Counted from the stretch's first letter, positions 50,484 to 64,000 are shown. The stretch: DNA of 64,000 nt from Lama guanicoe (GCA_013239625.1 MU056050.1:154337-218336); one strand, 5' to 3'. Numbers and translations: made by a program. Notes: generated by a model not told the origin, from the sequence alone.

Positions 50484-51689
50484 GAACTTCAGGGAGCCAC
50501 TCCCACCAGTTCTGTTTCTGTTCTATTTTGTGTTACCCTGGTACCACCTGAATTCTTTTTCTGCCATCGGGACACAGCCAAATGGACACCTAAGATAGCA
50601 GATCATCTTTCCTTGCTTTTGACATATGTATAAAATGACATTGTGGGAGCTATTTGATTTTTTAAAGGTAGTCTCTCCTGATGACAAATAGATTATATTA
50701 ATTTCCTTTCCCCCTGCTTAAAACTAAAACCCATTGTTGCTGCTAGAAGTCTCACTGTAGTGTAAACATAGTATCTGATAAAATTCACAATAGTCATAAA
50801 AGAGAATTTCTATAATGATTATAAATTCATGTTTTCTAAAACTTTGTTGTTTTTAGAGATGAGATTCCTTCCAACCAGGCTGATAACTAACCCTTTTTTT
50901 AAAACCTGCCTGGCAAGGTCTTTCCCTGAGAATCACCAACCAGACCAATCCAGAATACACCTAGGGCCACCATGCCTAGGGAACTCTATATCCAGAGGTG
51001 CCTGTGAAACTGGCTGCCTCACATGGGCAACTAAATACTGATGCAAAGACTAGCTTATCTTCAACTGGGACAGAAGTCAGTGATAACTGGATATTGTTCT
51101 GAGATAGACCAGAACATGGACCTTCCCTATGACTTTTTTGGGAGGTGAGGCCCACTGCAATTGGGGAGAACACCTACCATGTGGATGTGACTGGTATTTG
51201 ATTCCTTGCTTTGTGGTGTAATCATCCAAAGGCAAACATTCCTGCAAAAAGATTTGTCTCAGCTTCAGGCAGAGGAGAAAACAAAGAAGATCTCTACCAG
51301 CTGATTCTTATTTGTTTGACAGTAGTATGATGTCTCAAAGGAGACCATCAGAGATGGATGTATTGACGCCCGCAATACAGCTCCGAGGACGGAAATGAGG
51401 GTCTCCCAATTGATGTGTGGTAAGACAGAAAGCCCCTGACAGGCCACCTTAAATCCAAGGCCCATTAGCCAGCTTTTCATTTGCTTAAGAAATGATATGA
51501 AGCAGATATTTATCCAGGCTGTGGATCGGCCAGGCAGCTTGGTCTTATCTTTGGCCATGAGACTGTTGAATTGCTCCTTAACACCTCCACCAGGGGGAGG
51601 GCTGGGACAAGGAGAAAAAGAGTATCGGAGAAGAGCAGAGTGTCAGGGTCCAAAGCAAGCTTAAATGCTACCTAGAAGTATCCAGAGTC

Positions 51690-52330
51690 TGAATCTCCTC
51701 TACTATGTTCACCTGCTCCCAAAACAGGGAACGGATAGTCTGGTAGTGAAGACAAACAAGAGAAGTAACTGCAACATAGTATGACAAGAGTTATAAAACT
51801 AGTATGTGGAAATGCTATGGAAACATGAGGAAAAGTAACTTAAGCTGAGAAAGTAGCAGAGGCCATTTCACATGCAAAGTCACCATCACGAAAGTCCATG
51901 GTGTGTTTGGGCAACTGTGAGCAGTTCATGTAAATGGAGCGTAAAGGGCTCAGAGCAATGGCAGGGAGTGGCGGGGATGGGGCTAGAAAGGTGTACAGGT
52001 ACTGAAAGCAGACTCTGAGTTTTATCCAGTAAGTGAAAAGGAGTCATTAAAGCATTTTAAGCAGGGAAGCTCCGTGATCATATTTACATTTTCAAAAGAG
52101 CACTTTGGCAGCCACTATGTGAAGTGTGGGTTGGAGGGGGCAAGACTGTGGAATGAGCAATGAGGGAACAGGAGGAGTCAAGAATGACTCCAGGCTTTTG
52201 AGCCTGGCTCGAACCAGTGGGATGGTGGTATTGTTGATTAAGCCTGGGAATCCATGAGTAGAGCAGGATTGGAGAAGAAGATGCTGAGACCAGTTTTGGA
52301 CATGGTGATTGGCTTGTGATTTCTACTGGT
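51690..52330 (-). mobile_element. L2 fragment inside the probable ATP1B4 3'UTR
   Basis: TTTTAAGCAGGGAAG...GGAGTCAAGAATGACTCCAGGCTTTTGAGCCTG...CAGTTTTGGACATG. Confidence 0.7.
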
Positions 52331-53522
52331 TACACAGATATGGAGATGTAAATATAAGTGGGGTTGGGAAGAAGGAAATCTGCGAATGAAAGCAGCATTT
52401 GCTTAAGTGAACTCTCTCAAGAAAGTCTAGGCTATTTAATCATGGGAATTTGAGCCACTTAAGTAAACACACCACAGCAATCTAGTCTCTCAGGTAGTGC
52501 TTCTCTCCTGGCTTATGGCAGGAAGCGCTGCTTCTGCTCTCTGGAATCTCCTTCCCAGACACCTTCCCACTCTTATTGACAGAGTAGAGGGAGCTGACTG
52601 CTGTTGACAAGTGATCAAAGATATGTGGAAAACGCAAAAAAACAATGAAACTGTCTCCTCCCAATCCCTTTCCTTATGAAATTCAATTTTCAAAACTAAC
52701 CTTTAAAAAGAAACAAACCTGAAGATAACAACTTTATACCACCTAAAAATTACCTCAAATAAACTCTCAAGATTTAGTAGTAAAAGATAATAGAACATTA
52801 GATCTGGAAAGGATATTAGAGAGTGTTTAGTTAAAATAACCTGCTTTGCATCTGACTCCAGGTCCAGTGCTCTTTCTACTCTGATCTGCTGCTTAACAGG
52901 AAGTATCATCTTTTTAAAAACCAATGAATGATTTCCCAAACATTTTAAAACATATGTCAAATCTGAGTTAGAATAGTTAACATTTCACAGGAATTCAACT
53001 ACTGGTGCTATATTTTATACATAATACATTATCCTGTTAAATATGTTGACTATTAAACAGACAAGGAATTATGACTCTTTTGTCATACAGTATTTCTCAT
53101 TCAATGGAATCCATTGTGTCCACAGTTTCAAAGCAGTATTGAATAGTACTAGGATAGTTTGGGATATCAGCTGGGACATTTAAAAATAGCTTTATTATAC
53201 AGAACTGAATATTATAATCTATTCATTAAAATTGGATTCTAACAATTCAATAGACTTCTAGTGGATTAATTTAAATAGTCCCCCATACTGTGCTGTACCA
53301 GGATTTGATTTGTATACCATGCTGCAGTGCACTTGGTTTTACTCGATTGTCAATGAGAAATACTACTTCCAAATGCCTTCATGGTTTTGTCCATGCAAGA
53401 CATGATTCTGTACTCCTCACCCCTCTGAAATTATTATCCTAAAGATACTTTTCTTAGGCATCTGTTTGTTGGGAATCTTCGTGTAGAAAACATTAATATT
53501 GTCTTGGGGAGTTGTTGACAGC

Positions 53523-53538
53523 AATAAATTGAAATAAA
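53523..53538 (+). terminator. Tandem AATAAA polyadenylation signals, probable ATP1B4 3' end (3'UTR ~3 kb)
   Basis: AATAAA at 53523 and 53533, followed by GT/T-rich sequence (GTGGTGTATGATTT). Confidence 0.6.
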
Positions 53539-53763
53539 AAAGAAGTGGTGTATGATTTCCTCTTTCTAGACTGTATCACTGATTTTCCCACAAGAATTGG
53601 GCAGACATGTGGGTGGAAAACTTGACAACTGACAGCCTATTAGTTTAAGAGTTTTTTCTTTCTCTCCCTCCCACCTTTTTTTTTTTTTTTTTTTTTTTTT
53701 TGGTTTTTCCCCCTTTTTTTTTATATTTTAATTTTTGTTTTTTTTAATTTTTTCTTTTGTTTA

Positions 53764-53861
53764 NNNNNNNNNNNNNNNNNNNNNNNNNNNNNNNNNNNNN
53801 NNNNNNNNNNNNNNNNNNNNNNNNNNNNNNNNNNNNNNNNNNNNNNNNNNNNNNNNNNNNN
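53764..53861. other. Assembly gap within a poly-T tract (53676-53879)
   Basis: Run of n flanked by T runs. Confidence 1.
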
Positions 53862-54715
53862 TTTTTTTTTTTTTTTTTTGACTCTTGGGATTTAGCCACA
53901 GGAGGATGAAACTAAAAGTTTCATTTCTGAGCATTTTTCCTTTTGCAGTCTTCATGCTCCAGTTTCTCAGAAGACTACTTTGTCAGAGCAAACTTCCTTT
54001 CTTTATCAAGGTTGAGTCCCAGGATAAATTGTCCTATTTGTTTGTGTAGAAGAATACTAAGAGATATTTTGAGGTGGAGAGAAAGAACCAAAATCCAACT
54101 AGAAAATGAAATTACTTGATGAAAGCCTCGCTAAGTGACTTCAGAGGGCATATCTGACCACAAAGTATCTGCCAGAGCAAATCCCTAGTGGTAACTGCAA
54201 TTAAAGACAGAAATATTTCCACTCCCTTGTTTGACTCAGAGGCTAGGCTGCAGCAGGAATCCCTTCTTTCTTTGGAAGCTGTCCTGGCCTAAGGTCTACT
54301 AGGCTGATATGGTTTGACTAGGGGGAGGTCCTTGATCCCAATGTATTTCTCCCATCTAGGTTATTCATTAGAGTTATTTTTCCTTACTGACTTCAAACGT
54401 GATGAAGTAATTTAACTAAATCATACAGAAGTGTGACTTACATTGTGATTTTATCCAGGCAGAAAATAGAATTTTGGGTGTTTATGTGTGTATTAAGGTG
54501 TTTGAGAGGGAAGGTGGCTAGAATGTATGGCGGCAAAGGAAAATGGAGTTGAAAGGCTGAATAGTCTTGCCTACTTCACAAAGTCCTTTATTTGTAAGCT
54601 AGGGGGGAAGAAAGTTGATAGAAGGATCCAAAAGGTTTAAGGAGAATGTGATAAACTCTCAATCTGGCAGCCAGTATCCAGGATGTACTTCCTTGCAGGC
54701 TCCTATACAGCCATA

Positions 54716-55218
54716 GCATCAGTTAGAGTTCCAACAAGAAACAGACAGCACACTTGACAAAATAGAATAATTGGAAGAGGATTTATTTACAAAGAGATTA
54801 CTTATAAATGTGTAGATGTAGGGAACCACAGAGAATATCACATAACCCAGGCTAGTATAAGCTAAACTCTTACCTTCCCTAGGCCCTAAAGGGCAGGAGT
54901 AGGAACTGGTTCTCAGAACCCAGAAGGACTGAGTCATGTACCACTGCCTGCCTTGAAAGGAGTGGTGGTCTTGTTGGAGGACTAAGCTAGCTCAAGGTGA
55001 TCTTGTAGGTATGGAAATAGGAGAAGAAATACCTTCATTTAATTTTCCTTCCTCCCTCTGATCTCTTGCTGGTAGTTCCCACTGGCCAAACCCAACCAAA
55101 AGTCAGAGGACAAGGAAGCCCACTGACGTGGTCCATACAGTCAGCCTCCCAGAGAAGAAAGCAGGGTGGGGAAGGGTGGAAAGTGCATTTGGAGGGGCAA
55201 ACAGGAAATAGCTAGCAC
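54716..55218 (-). mobile_element. LTR33-like ERV-L solo LTR
   Basis: CAGTTAGAGTTCCAACAAGAAACAGACAGCACAC...GGAGGGGCAAACAGGAAATAGCTAGCACA. Confidence 0.65.
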
Positions 55219-55454
55219 AGCCACCAAGTGAAGATTTTGTGGACAGACTCCTCAGAGCCAGGTACAGTGCTGGCACCATCTACCGAACTGACTCCAGTGA
55301 CTGGGGCGATTTTATCTTCATGCATACTCTGCTCCGTGGCTATGGGGTCAGAGGCTTTCCCATTGTAGAAACTCTTTTTTCTATTCTTTAATACTCATTC
55401 CCTTTTCAAACTTCCTCCTTCATACTTTCCTAATCTGGTATCTTTCGGTATATC

Positions 55455-56176
55455 ATTTAGAACTATTTTGCTTGTGAGTGACAAAACAAACAAATGAATT
55501 TTAAAAAACCCTCAAATTGACTCAAGGACAAAAAGGAATTTACTGAATCATATAACTGAAAGTCCACACGGGGTGGAAATAGCTCAGCAGTAGAGTGTAT
55601 TCTTAGCATTCACGAGGTGCTGGGTTCAATCCCCAGTACCTCCATTAGGAAAAAAGAAAAAAGAAACAACAACAACATAACTGAAAGTCTAGGTTACTTT
55701 GGTTTCAGGCACAACCAGGTCCAGGAACTCTAAGATGTCATTAGAAATGATCTCTCTCCATCTCTCTATGCTGCTCTCCATCACATTGGCTTCATTCTCA
55801 GGCTCCACAAATCAAAATATGCAAAATGGCTGCCAGGACTGCCAGGCCTACATCCTTAAAGGCTAATTCCCCTTTGAAAAGATAGCTTCTCTTCTCTGAT
55901 AGTTCAAATAAAGGTTCTGGGTCTCTCATTGGCTTGAATTGGATCCTGTATCCAACCCTGAACCAATCTCTGTGGCCACAGGGAGAAACTTCTCTAATTG
56001 GCCATGCTTGAGTCACATGCCCACCCCTGGAGCCTGAGGTGATATCAACACACTCAGCCTGCCTGGATTGAAAGTCAGGGAGAGGTGATCCTCCTAAGGA
56101 AAACTGAAGTGATGTTACCAAAGAAGGGAGAAGGGTGTACGGATGGAAAGTGGAAGATAGAATAGATGTTCACTAC
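55455..56176 (-). mobile_element. Old MLT1(J/K-like) LTR containing a SINE insertion
   Basis: CTGAACCAATCTCTGTGGCCA...TTGGCCATGCTTGAGTCACATGCCCACCCCTGGAGC...AGATGTTCACTACA. Confidence 0.65.
55565..55676 (+). mobile_element. tRNA-Ala-derived SINE (camelid Vic-1-like)
   Basis: A-box TAGCTCAGCAGTAGAG, B-box GGTTCAATCC, A-rich tail, perfect 13-bp TSD ATAACTGAAAGTC at 55552-55564 and 55677-55689. Confidence 0.9.
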
Positions 56177-56569
56177 ATTTTGTCAGTGTCCTGTCAAATC
56201 CTACACTTACTTACGGTTGTATCTAAACTTTTAGAATAAAATCTTTTCAAAATTTTAACATTAAGATCTCCAAAGAACAGTCCTTTCACTCTATTCTGGC
56301 ATTTCAGTCAGAAGAAAGGGAAGGTGGAGAGAGAGAGAAAGAAGCCACCTTGATCTACCCTACTTTGTCTTTACCAAAGAAAATTCCATAATTCAAATTT
56401 GCATTCGAGGTCTGGCTTGCATAAAACATTTTATTCCCAGAACAGAATGATACAACCTTCATAAAACAGTTAACTTGAATCATAAAAGTATTTGACATCC
56501 ATCAGAACAAACAAATGAGAAGCAGGATGAGGGTGACATCTTTTCCCTCCTCTCCAATCCTCTGGCTGA

Positions 56570-58350
56570 TGATACCATCTTGCATACAGAAAATCCTAAG
56601 GAATGTACTAAAAGATTATTATAGCTAATGAACAAGTTCACCAAGGTTGCAAGATAAAAGATCAGTATAAATAAATCAGTTGTCTTTCTCTACACTTGCA
56701 GTGAATGATTCAAAAAATGAAATTAACAAAACAATTCTATTTACAATAGCATCTAAAAAGAATAAAACACTTAGGAAAAGGTTAACAAACGAAATGTAAG
56801 ACTTGTACACTGAAAACTACATGATATTGTTGAAATAAATTAAAGAACTAAATAAATGGAGAGATGTCAGTATTCATGGATTAGATTAATAATGCTAAAA
56901 TGATAACACTCCCTAAATTGATCTACATATTCAATACAATCCTTTCAAAATTCCAACTTCCTTTTTTGTTCAGAAATTAACAAGGTGATCCCAAAATTCA
57001 TATAGAAATGTAAGGAAGCAAGAAAAGCCAAAATATTCTTGACATTTTGGGCCAGGTAATTCTTTGTTTTGGGGACTGTCCTGTGCATTTTGGAATGTGT
57101 GCATGTTTGCATGTTTGGCCAGCATCCCTGATCTCTATCCAATAGATATCAGTAGTAGCCTCTTCAGTTTTGGAAACCAAAAGTGTCTCCAGACATTGCT
57201 AAATGTCTTCTGGGGGTCAAAATCACCCCTAATTGAGAACTACTTGTTTAGAGTATATATCTTTAACATCACAATCTACTATCAAGTTATATTATACCGC
57301 TTCAAGTATCATATATGAACTTTACCATATATGGTATGAAATGGTACACTTCCATTTCTCCTGTCTGGGCCTTTCTGTTTTTACTATCATAAATTTTAGT
57401 TATTCATATAAGCCCTACAACACATTGTTATTATTTTTATTTAAACAGTGAACTATTTTTAAAAGATTTAAATAACAAAAATTTTCTCATATATTTAACC
57501 ATGTAGTTACCTTTTCCAATGCTCTTTATTCCTTTGTGTAGACCCAGATTTCCAACTAGTATCATGTTAATTCTGCTTTAACAGAATTAGTTCTTTAACA
57601 TGTTTTATAGTGCAGAACTGTTGGTGATGGTTTGTTTCAGTTTTCGTCTGCCTGGAAGTCTTTATTTTTGCCTTTGTTTTTCAAAAATATTTTGATGAAT
57701 ATAGAATTCTTGATAAACAGTGTTTTCTTTCATTTCTTTAAAGATGTTGCTTCACTGTCTTCTGGCTTGTTTCTTCAAGAAATCTGATGTCAATCTTTGT
57801 ACATAACCATATTTTTCCCCTTGCTCTTTGTGAGATCTTCTCTTTATCACTATTTCTAAGCACCTTGATACTATATGCTTAGCATTGTTTTCATGTTTCT
57901 TGTGCTAGGAGTTCATTGATCTTCTTGGATCTGTGAGCTTATAGTTTTCATTAAATTTGGAAATAACTCAGCCATTATCTCTTCAAATACTTTTTCAGCT
58001 ACCACTCCCATTCAATCTTCTCCTTCGGGGACTCCAAATACACACATATATTGGGTCACTTAAAATTTTCCCACAATTGACTGATAACGCTGGTCTTTTT
58101 TTCAGTCTTTTTCTATCTGTGTTTCATTTTGAATATTTTCTACTGTTATGTTGTCAAGTTCACTAATATTTTCCTGTATAATTGGTAATCTATAGTTAAG
58201 CCAATACAGTGCTTATTTCATCTCAGATATTGTAGTTTTTGTTTCTACAAGTTTGATTTGGGTCCTTTTTATATCTTCCATGTCTCTATTTTTTATGTTC
58301 AATCTCTCTCTAGTTTATTGAGCATATGAAATACATTTATAATGACTTTT
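56570..58350. mobile_element. Old L1 fragments (sense ORF2 ~56570-57030, antisense L1ME-type ~57245-58350) separated by a MER20 (~57030-57245)
   Basis: L1 ORF2 text (GAAAACTAC...ATAAATGGAGAGAT); MER20 text (GGGGACTGTCCTGTGCATT...GTCTCCAGACATTGCTAAATGTC). Confidence 0.7.
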
Positions 58351-58354
58351 TTTA

Positions 58355-61110
58355 AAAGGCTAGACTATTACAGATTAATGGGCAGTAGTGCATGGCCTGG
58401 CCCACTGATCAGGGACTTGGAGGTAAAAAAATTGGAAGATTACAGACAAATGAGCCTGGGATGTGGATGAACATATAACAATGGTAACAAAGTGTGAAGA
58501 TATTCAGATCACATGTTAATGCTCACCAAAGAGTGTCTACCATGGAAGAGGTACTAAAAAACCAAATAAACAAAATGACTTGGTCGGTTGAAATTAGGCA
58601 GCCACTTCAACACTGGCATGTTGAGCACATGAACAAGGTGGACTTAGTGGCAGAGGTGGAGACTAAATGTGGACCCAGCAGTATGGATTCATACCTACCA
58701 AGACTGATCTAGCTACTGCCACCTCTGAATGCCCAACTTGCCAGCAAATGAGGCCAACAAGGAGCACCTGGTATGGCACCATCACTTCAGGTGTCTAATG
58801 GACCATTTGGTGACATGCTGACTACAATGAGCCACTTCTATACTAGATGTATCAGCAGTTTGTTTTCATAGCAATGGACATATATTCCAGGTATGGGTTT
58901 GCCTTTCTTAACCACAGGGTCTTGATCAATATTGCTATCTGAGAACTTACAGAGTATTTGATCAATTGGCATGACAACACATAACACTGCATTAGAGACC
59001 AGGGGATGAATTTTACAGCAAAGAAAGTATAAGAGTGGGCCTATGATGATGGGATCTACTGGTTTTGTACATATGACACCCCCCATAAAGCTGATATCCT
59101 GACAAAGTAACAGAATTGCCTGCTAAAGGATAGCTGAAGTGCCAACTCAAAGTAAATATCCTGTGAGGATAGGGGCCCTATTCTCCAGAATGCATTATAT
59201 TCATTGAATCTAATATTTTTACACAGTGTGTGTCCTCAATAAGAATACATGGGTTCAGGAACAAAGGAGCAGAAGCAGGAATAGCCACACTTACCATCAC
59301 CTTCAATTACACATTTGGGGGCTTTGCATTTGCCATCCCTGAAATTGTGAATCCTAGAAGGGTTAGAGGTCTTGGCCTGAAGGGAGCTCACTCTAGCCAA
59401 GAGTTTCTCAACTTTGCCTAATGACATTTTGAGCTACATAATTCCTTGTTGTAGGGCTGTCCTGTACCTTCTAGAATATTTAACAGCATCCCTGGCTTCT
59501 ACCAACTAGATGCCAGTAACACACTCTTCCTAGCTGTGAGAAATAAAAATGTCTCCAGATATTGCTAAATATTCCCTAGGGGACCAAACTACCCCAAGTT
59601 GAGAACCACTGCTCCAGTCAATAAAGAAAAGAAGATTCATTTTGAACTAGAATTTGTGGCTGCCACCTGGGCATTTTGATCTCCTTGCATCCAGGGACCA
59701 GTAGGCAAGAAAAGGGGTCACCGTTTTAACTTGGTCAATAGACGCTAATTATCAGGAGGAGGTAAGGCAACTGTCATACAGTGGGATCAAAGAGGTATTG
59801 TCAGGGGAAGCAGCTGCTAGGTTGGCTTGCTACTCTGTCAGAGATTTGGCCAGTAAGGAGAAAAGCCCAAATGCATATACACAGTTTATTATTTACATAG
59901 ATAGTATAAGCAAGATCAGCATAGTGTCAGCTCCCCACATTCCTAATCTCACAGGACGACACTTGAACCATAGGGAGTCATGTAACAGACTGGTAGATCA
60001 CTGTCTTGGAGGAGCCAATTCTAGACAGCAACTAAGAGGTGTTATAGCCTACAGCTATACATTAAGGACGCCGTGGTAGATAGTCTTATCCTTCACTGAA
60101 ACCAAGGAGGTAGATGAAAACCTGATTCATGGCATCCTCCTGCAAGATAAGGAAGCTGGTGAGAAATAGCCTTGTGACAACTTCTCATAAGTTTACTATC
60201 TTGCCATCTTCCTGGAAGGATCATAGGGTGTTCTGCCAAAACTTAGATCGGACCAACTGAGCCTTGCCTCTGCTACATACATAGATATAAGCAAGGTTGC
60301 CAGTGTGCCACGGTTGAGCTGTTTCCCTACAGGAATGTATGTGGAACTCAGGTAATCCATTTGAATATTTATAGGTGCTACCTTGCTCAGTTATGACTGT
60401 AAATGGACAGGTACAGCAATCCTGGACTAAAAAGGACATGGTGGTGAGAAACTCAGGCCCCTCAAGGATGAAGGTTTGGGTCATACCACTAGGTAAGCCC
60501 CTGAGGCAACAGAGGTGGTAACCGAGGATGAAAGGAATTTAGAATGGATAGTAGAGGAAGGAGGTGATGACTATCTATTGTGAACTCAAGACCAACTGTT
60601 GTAGTGTTGATTGTAGTTTGTAACGCTAAACTCCTTCTAAGTTCCCCTCAGAAGGAAAAGTCATCTAGAGTTCTGTTTAATGTTTAATCTACTCCTCCAA
60701 TATGTAGAGAGAAATGTATCCAAGAGGCACAAATGGTGTCTTGTGGTAGAAATACACTTCCCACATCTCTCTTCAGCTCTGGAAAGGGCAGTCAGCAGAC
60801 CATGTGTAGCTGTCAGCTGTTTCAGGATGTGCCTCAACTCTAGAGTCTCTCTTTGCCCAAGTTACACCCATTTTGGGGCAGCCCACATCCAGTAACTGAG
60901 TGAGCTTGACATGGACCACTGTGACTGGCAATATTGATTTCAGAGCTCTTTGCTGGGTCATCCAAGTCTGTGTTTGGCCTGTATCATATTTTGGCTTCTT
61001 CATGGGCCCAATCCTCTGTCATCTACCTTTCACAGCTGTTGATTCCTAACAAACATCTACACTCTAATTTCATTTGCACATCTGTTTCTGGAGAACCCAA
61101 ACTGTAACAC
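58355..61110 (+). mobile_element. ERV-L class 3' half (RNase H, integrase) plus LTR16-like 3'LTR (~60742-61110)
   Basis: ORF 58494 begins KIFRSHVNAHQR (ERV-L RNase H); integrase remnant DQGMNFTAKKV near 59000; interrupted by MER20 (~59398-59611) and a younger LTR. Confidence 0.78.
59799..60331 (-). mobile_element. Solo LTR (533 bp), family not recognised
   Basis: TG...CA termini, 5-bp near-TSD GGTAT/GGAAT, AATAAA on - near 59885; the ERV-L text resumes after it. Confidence 0.7.
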
Positions 61111-61179
61111 CAACCATGATGTTCAGATCCAGATTTAGAGGAAACATACATCTTGGTAAATCAAAATATACTCTATATT

Positions 61180-64000
61180 TCATTTTTAGTGGCATAAAGT
61201 TGTTCATGATATTTCCTTATAATCCTTTTAATGTCTGCATGAATCTGTAGTGATGTCTTTTTATCTCGTTCCTGATGTTGGTAAGTTGTGTCCTACTGCT
61301 TTTTCTTCCCCTAGAATCTGGCTGGAGGTTTATCAATTTCATTGAGTTCCTTAAATACCAGTTTTTTGATTTCATTAATTTTCCTCTGCTGTTTTACTGT
61401 TTTCTACTTCATTGATTTCTGTTCTGATTTTTATTGGTTTTTTTCCTATTATTTTGGGTTTAATTTGCTCTTATGTTTTTGGTCTCAAAGTGGAAGATTA
61501 GATCATTGAATTGGGAACTTTGTTCTTTTCTAATATAAACATTTAGTTCTATAAGTTTCCAAGCATGTTTAGATTTAAACATAACATGTTTAAACATGTT
61601 TACATTTTCCTCTAAGTTTATGCTTTAGTTACACCTCAAAAATTCTAATATTTGGCGCTTTTATTTTCATTCCCTTCAAAACACTTTCTAATTTTCCTTT
61701 TGATTTCTTCCTTCACTCATGAATAATTTGGTAGTGTATTACTTAGTTTTCAGATATTTGGGGATTTCCAGGTATCTTTCTGTTATTGATTACTAATTTA
61801 ATTTCATTGTGGTGAGACAACATACTTCACATTATTTAAATGATTTTAAATATATTGACTTGTTACATTGTTTTATAACTCATAATCTTGGCAAATGATC
61901 ACTTGAAATATGTATTCTGATGTTTGTGGGTGTAGTGTTCTATAAATACCAATTAAGTCAAGTTAATTAATCATACTTTTCAAGTCTTCTATATGTTTAT
62001 TAATTTTCTGTCTAATTGTTTAATAATTGCTCAATTATTAAGAGAGTGGTGTTGAAATCTCTGACAATAATTTGTTTGGATTTGTCTGTTTTTCCTTTCA
62101 GTTCTAAATTTTTGCTTCATGTATTCTGAACCTCTGATATTAGTTACAAAAAGATTTAGAATGCCATGTCTTTTTATGAATTAATCTGTTTATCATTATG
62201 AAATGATTTTTTTCTTATACTTTAGCCTACTTGTGTCTTTATATTTTAGGTGGGTTTATTGTAGACTACACATAATTGGGGCTTTCATTTTTTATCCTGA
62301 CAATCACTACCATTTACTGGAGTTGTTTAAACCACTTATATACAATGTGATTATTGATATGGTTGTATTCAAATCTACCATCTTGCTATTTGTTTTCTGT
62401 TGGTCCCATCTGTTCATCCCTTTCTTCTCTTTCTGTCTCCTATTTGAATTAAATGATTCTACTGTATCCCCTTTATTGACTTATTAACCATATTGCTTCA
62501 TTTATTTCTTGTGTGTGTGTGTTTTTAAACATTACTTTAGGATTTCATAGTAGATATCTTTAACATATTCCTGTCTACCTTCAAGTCATATTACACCACT
62601 TCACATATATATATAGGAGGAGCTTTACAACAACTAGGTTCCATTTCATCTTTGTGCTATTATCATACATTTTTCTTCTACATATGTTATAAATACCACA
62701 CTATATTGTTATTATGTTTGCTTTATTCAGTTACCTTTTTCTGTTTGCAACATGACCTTTAATAAGCTGAATAGTATTATGTACTACCCAAATTTGTTTA
62801 ACTAATTTCAAATTGTGCATTAAGGTTGTTATCTATTTTTCTTTAATATTAAAAATATACAATGAACATTCTTGTGCTAAAAATCCCTTTGCACACTTCT
62901 GATTATTTCTTTATGACAGTTTTTTTGTGGCAAAAAATACAACATAAAATTTACCATCTTAACCATTTTTAAGTGTATAGTTTAGTAGTGTTCAGGAAAT
63001 TCACATTCTTGTGAAACATATCTCCAAAACTTTTTCATCTTGCAAATCTGAAACTATTTCTGCACTCTCTATTTTATTTCATTGGTCTATTTGTCTGTCT
63101 TTATGCCAGTACCACACTGTTTTGATTATTGTAGCTTTGTATAAGTTTTGAAATCAGAAGTGTGAGTCCTCCAGTTTTGTTCTTCTTTTTCAAGATTGTT
63201 TTGATTATTTAGAGTCCCTTGAGATTCCAGATGAATTTTTCTATATCTGCAAAAACAAAAGTTCAATGGGATTTTGACCAGGATTGCATTGAATCTGTAA
63301 ATTGCTTTGGGTAGTATGGACATCTTAACAATATTAAGTTTTCCAATCCATGAACATAAGATGTCATTCCATTTATTCATGTATTCTTTAATTTCTTTCC
63401 ACAATGTTTTTGTAGTTTTCAGCAAACAAGTCGTTCACCTCCTTGGTTAGGTTTAGTCCTAAGTATTTTACTTTTTCTATGCTTTTGTAAATAAAAATGT
63501 TTTCTTAAGTTCTTTTTCAGATTGTTCATTGTTAGTGCATAGAAATGCAACTGATTTTCATGTGTTGATTTCATATCCTGCAACTTCACTGAATTCATTT
63601 ATTAGAGCTAATATTTTGTATGTATGGAGTATTCATGGTTTTCTACTTATTAGATCATGTCATCTGCAAACAGATAATTTTACTTCTTCCTTTACAACTT
63701 GGATGCCTATTATTTCTTTTTCTTACCTAATAGCTCTGGCTAGGACTTCCAATACTATGTTGAAAGAAGTGGTGAGAGCAGGTATCCTTGTTTTATTCCT
63801 TTGGTATCAGGATTATGCTGGCTTCATAGAATGAGCTTGGAAGTGTTCCCTCCTCATCAATTTTTTGGAAAAGTTTCAGGATTGTTATTAGTTCCTTTTT
63901 AAACGTTCGTTAAAATTCTCCAGGGAAGCCATCTGGTCCTGGGCTTTTCACTGTTGGGAGATTTTTAACTATCAATTTAATCTACTTACTTGTTATTTGT
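61180..64000 (-). mobile_element. Old L1 fragments, antisense (ORF2 and an L1MB-type 3' end ~62920-63055)
   Basis: ORF 63126..63425 (-) [31 protein letters not shown] is L1 ORF2. Confidence 0.85.

Noticed and set aside
53676..53879. Long poly-T tract as a retrocopy tail
   Set aside because: It spans an N gap, so neither the content nor a TSD can be assessed; it may be low-quality sequence.
55565..55645. Functional tRNA-Ala gene (also 26660-26730)
   Set aside because: Stem-disrupting substitutions, an A-rich tail and TSDs identify these as SINE copies.

Overview
Mammalian genomic DNA, most likely camelid: two tRNA-Ala-derived, Vic-1-like SINEs are present. The window holds one intact protein-coding gene, ATP1B4 (X,K-ATPase beta-m / BetaM). 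It lies on the + strand with 8 coding exons from 34925 to 50483, a spliced CDS of 1065 nt (354 aa), all introns GT-AG, and a probable ~3 kb 3'UTR. The flanks (1-~22.5 kb and ~54.7-64 kb) are almost entirely nested retroelements: a two-LTR class III ERV with a tRNA-Ser(CGA) primer site, ERV-L/LTR16-type remnants, MaLRs, old and young L1s, and DNA-transposon MITEs. There are two assembly gaps. I found no convincing new gene system. The best leads are a MEF2/E-box module in ATP1B4 intron 1, an RFX X-box element upstream, a p53-type palindrome, and unusual retrotransposition products. Repeat family names come from recalled consensus sequences and repeat boundaries are approximate unless stated.
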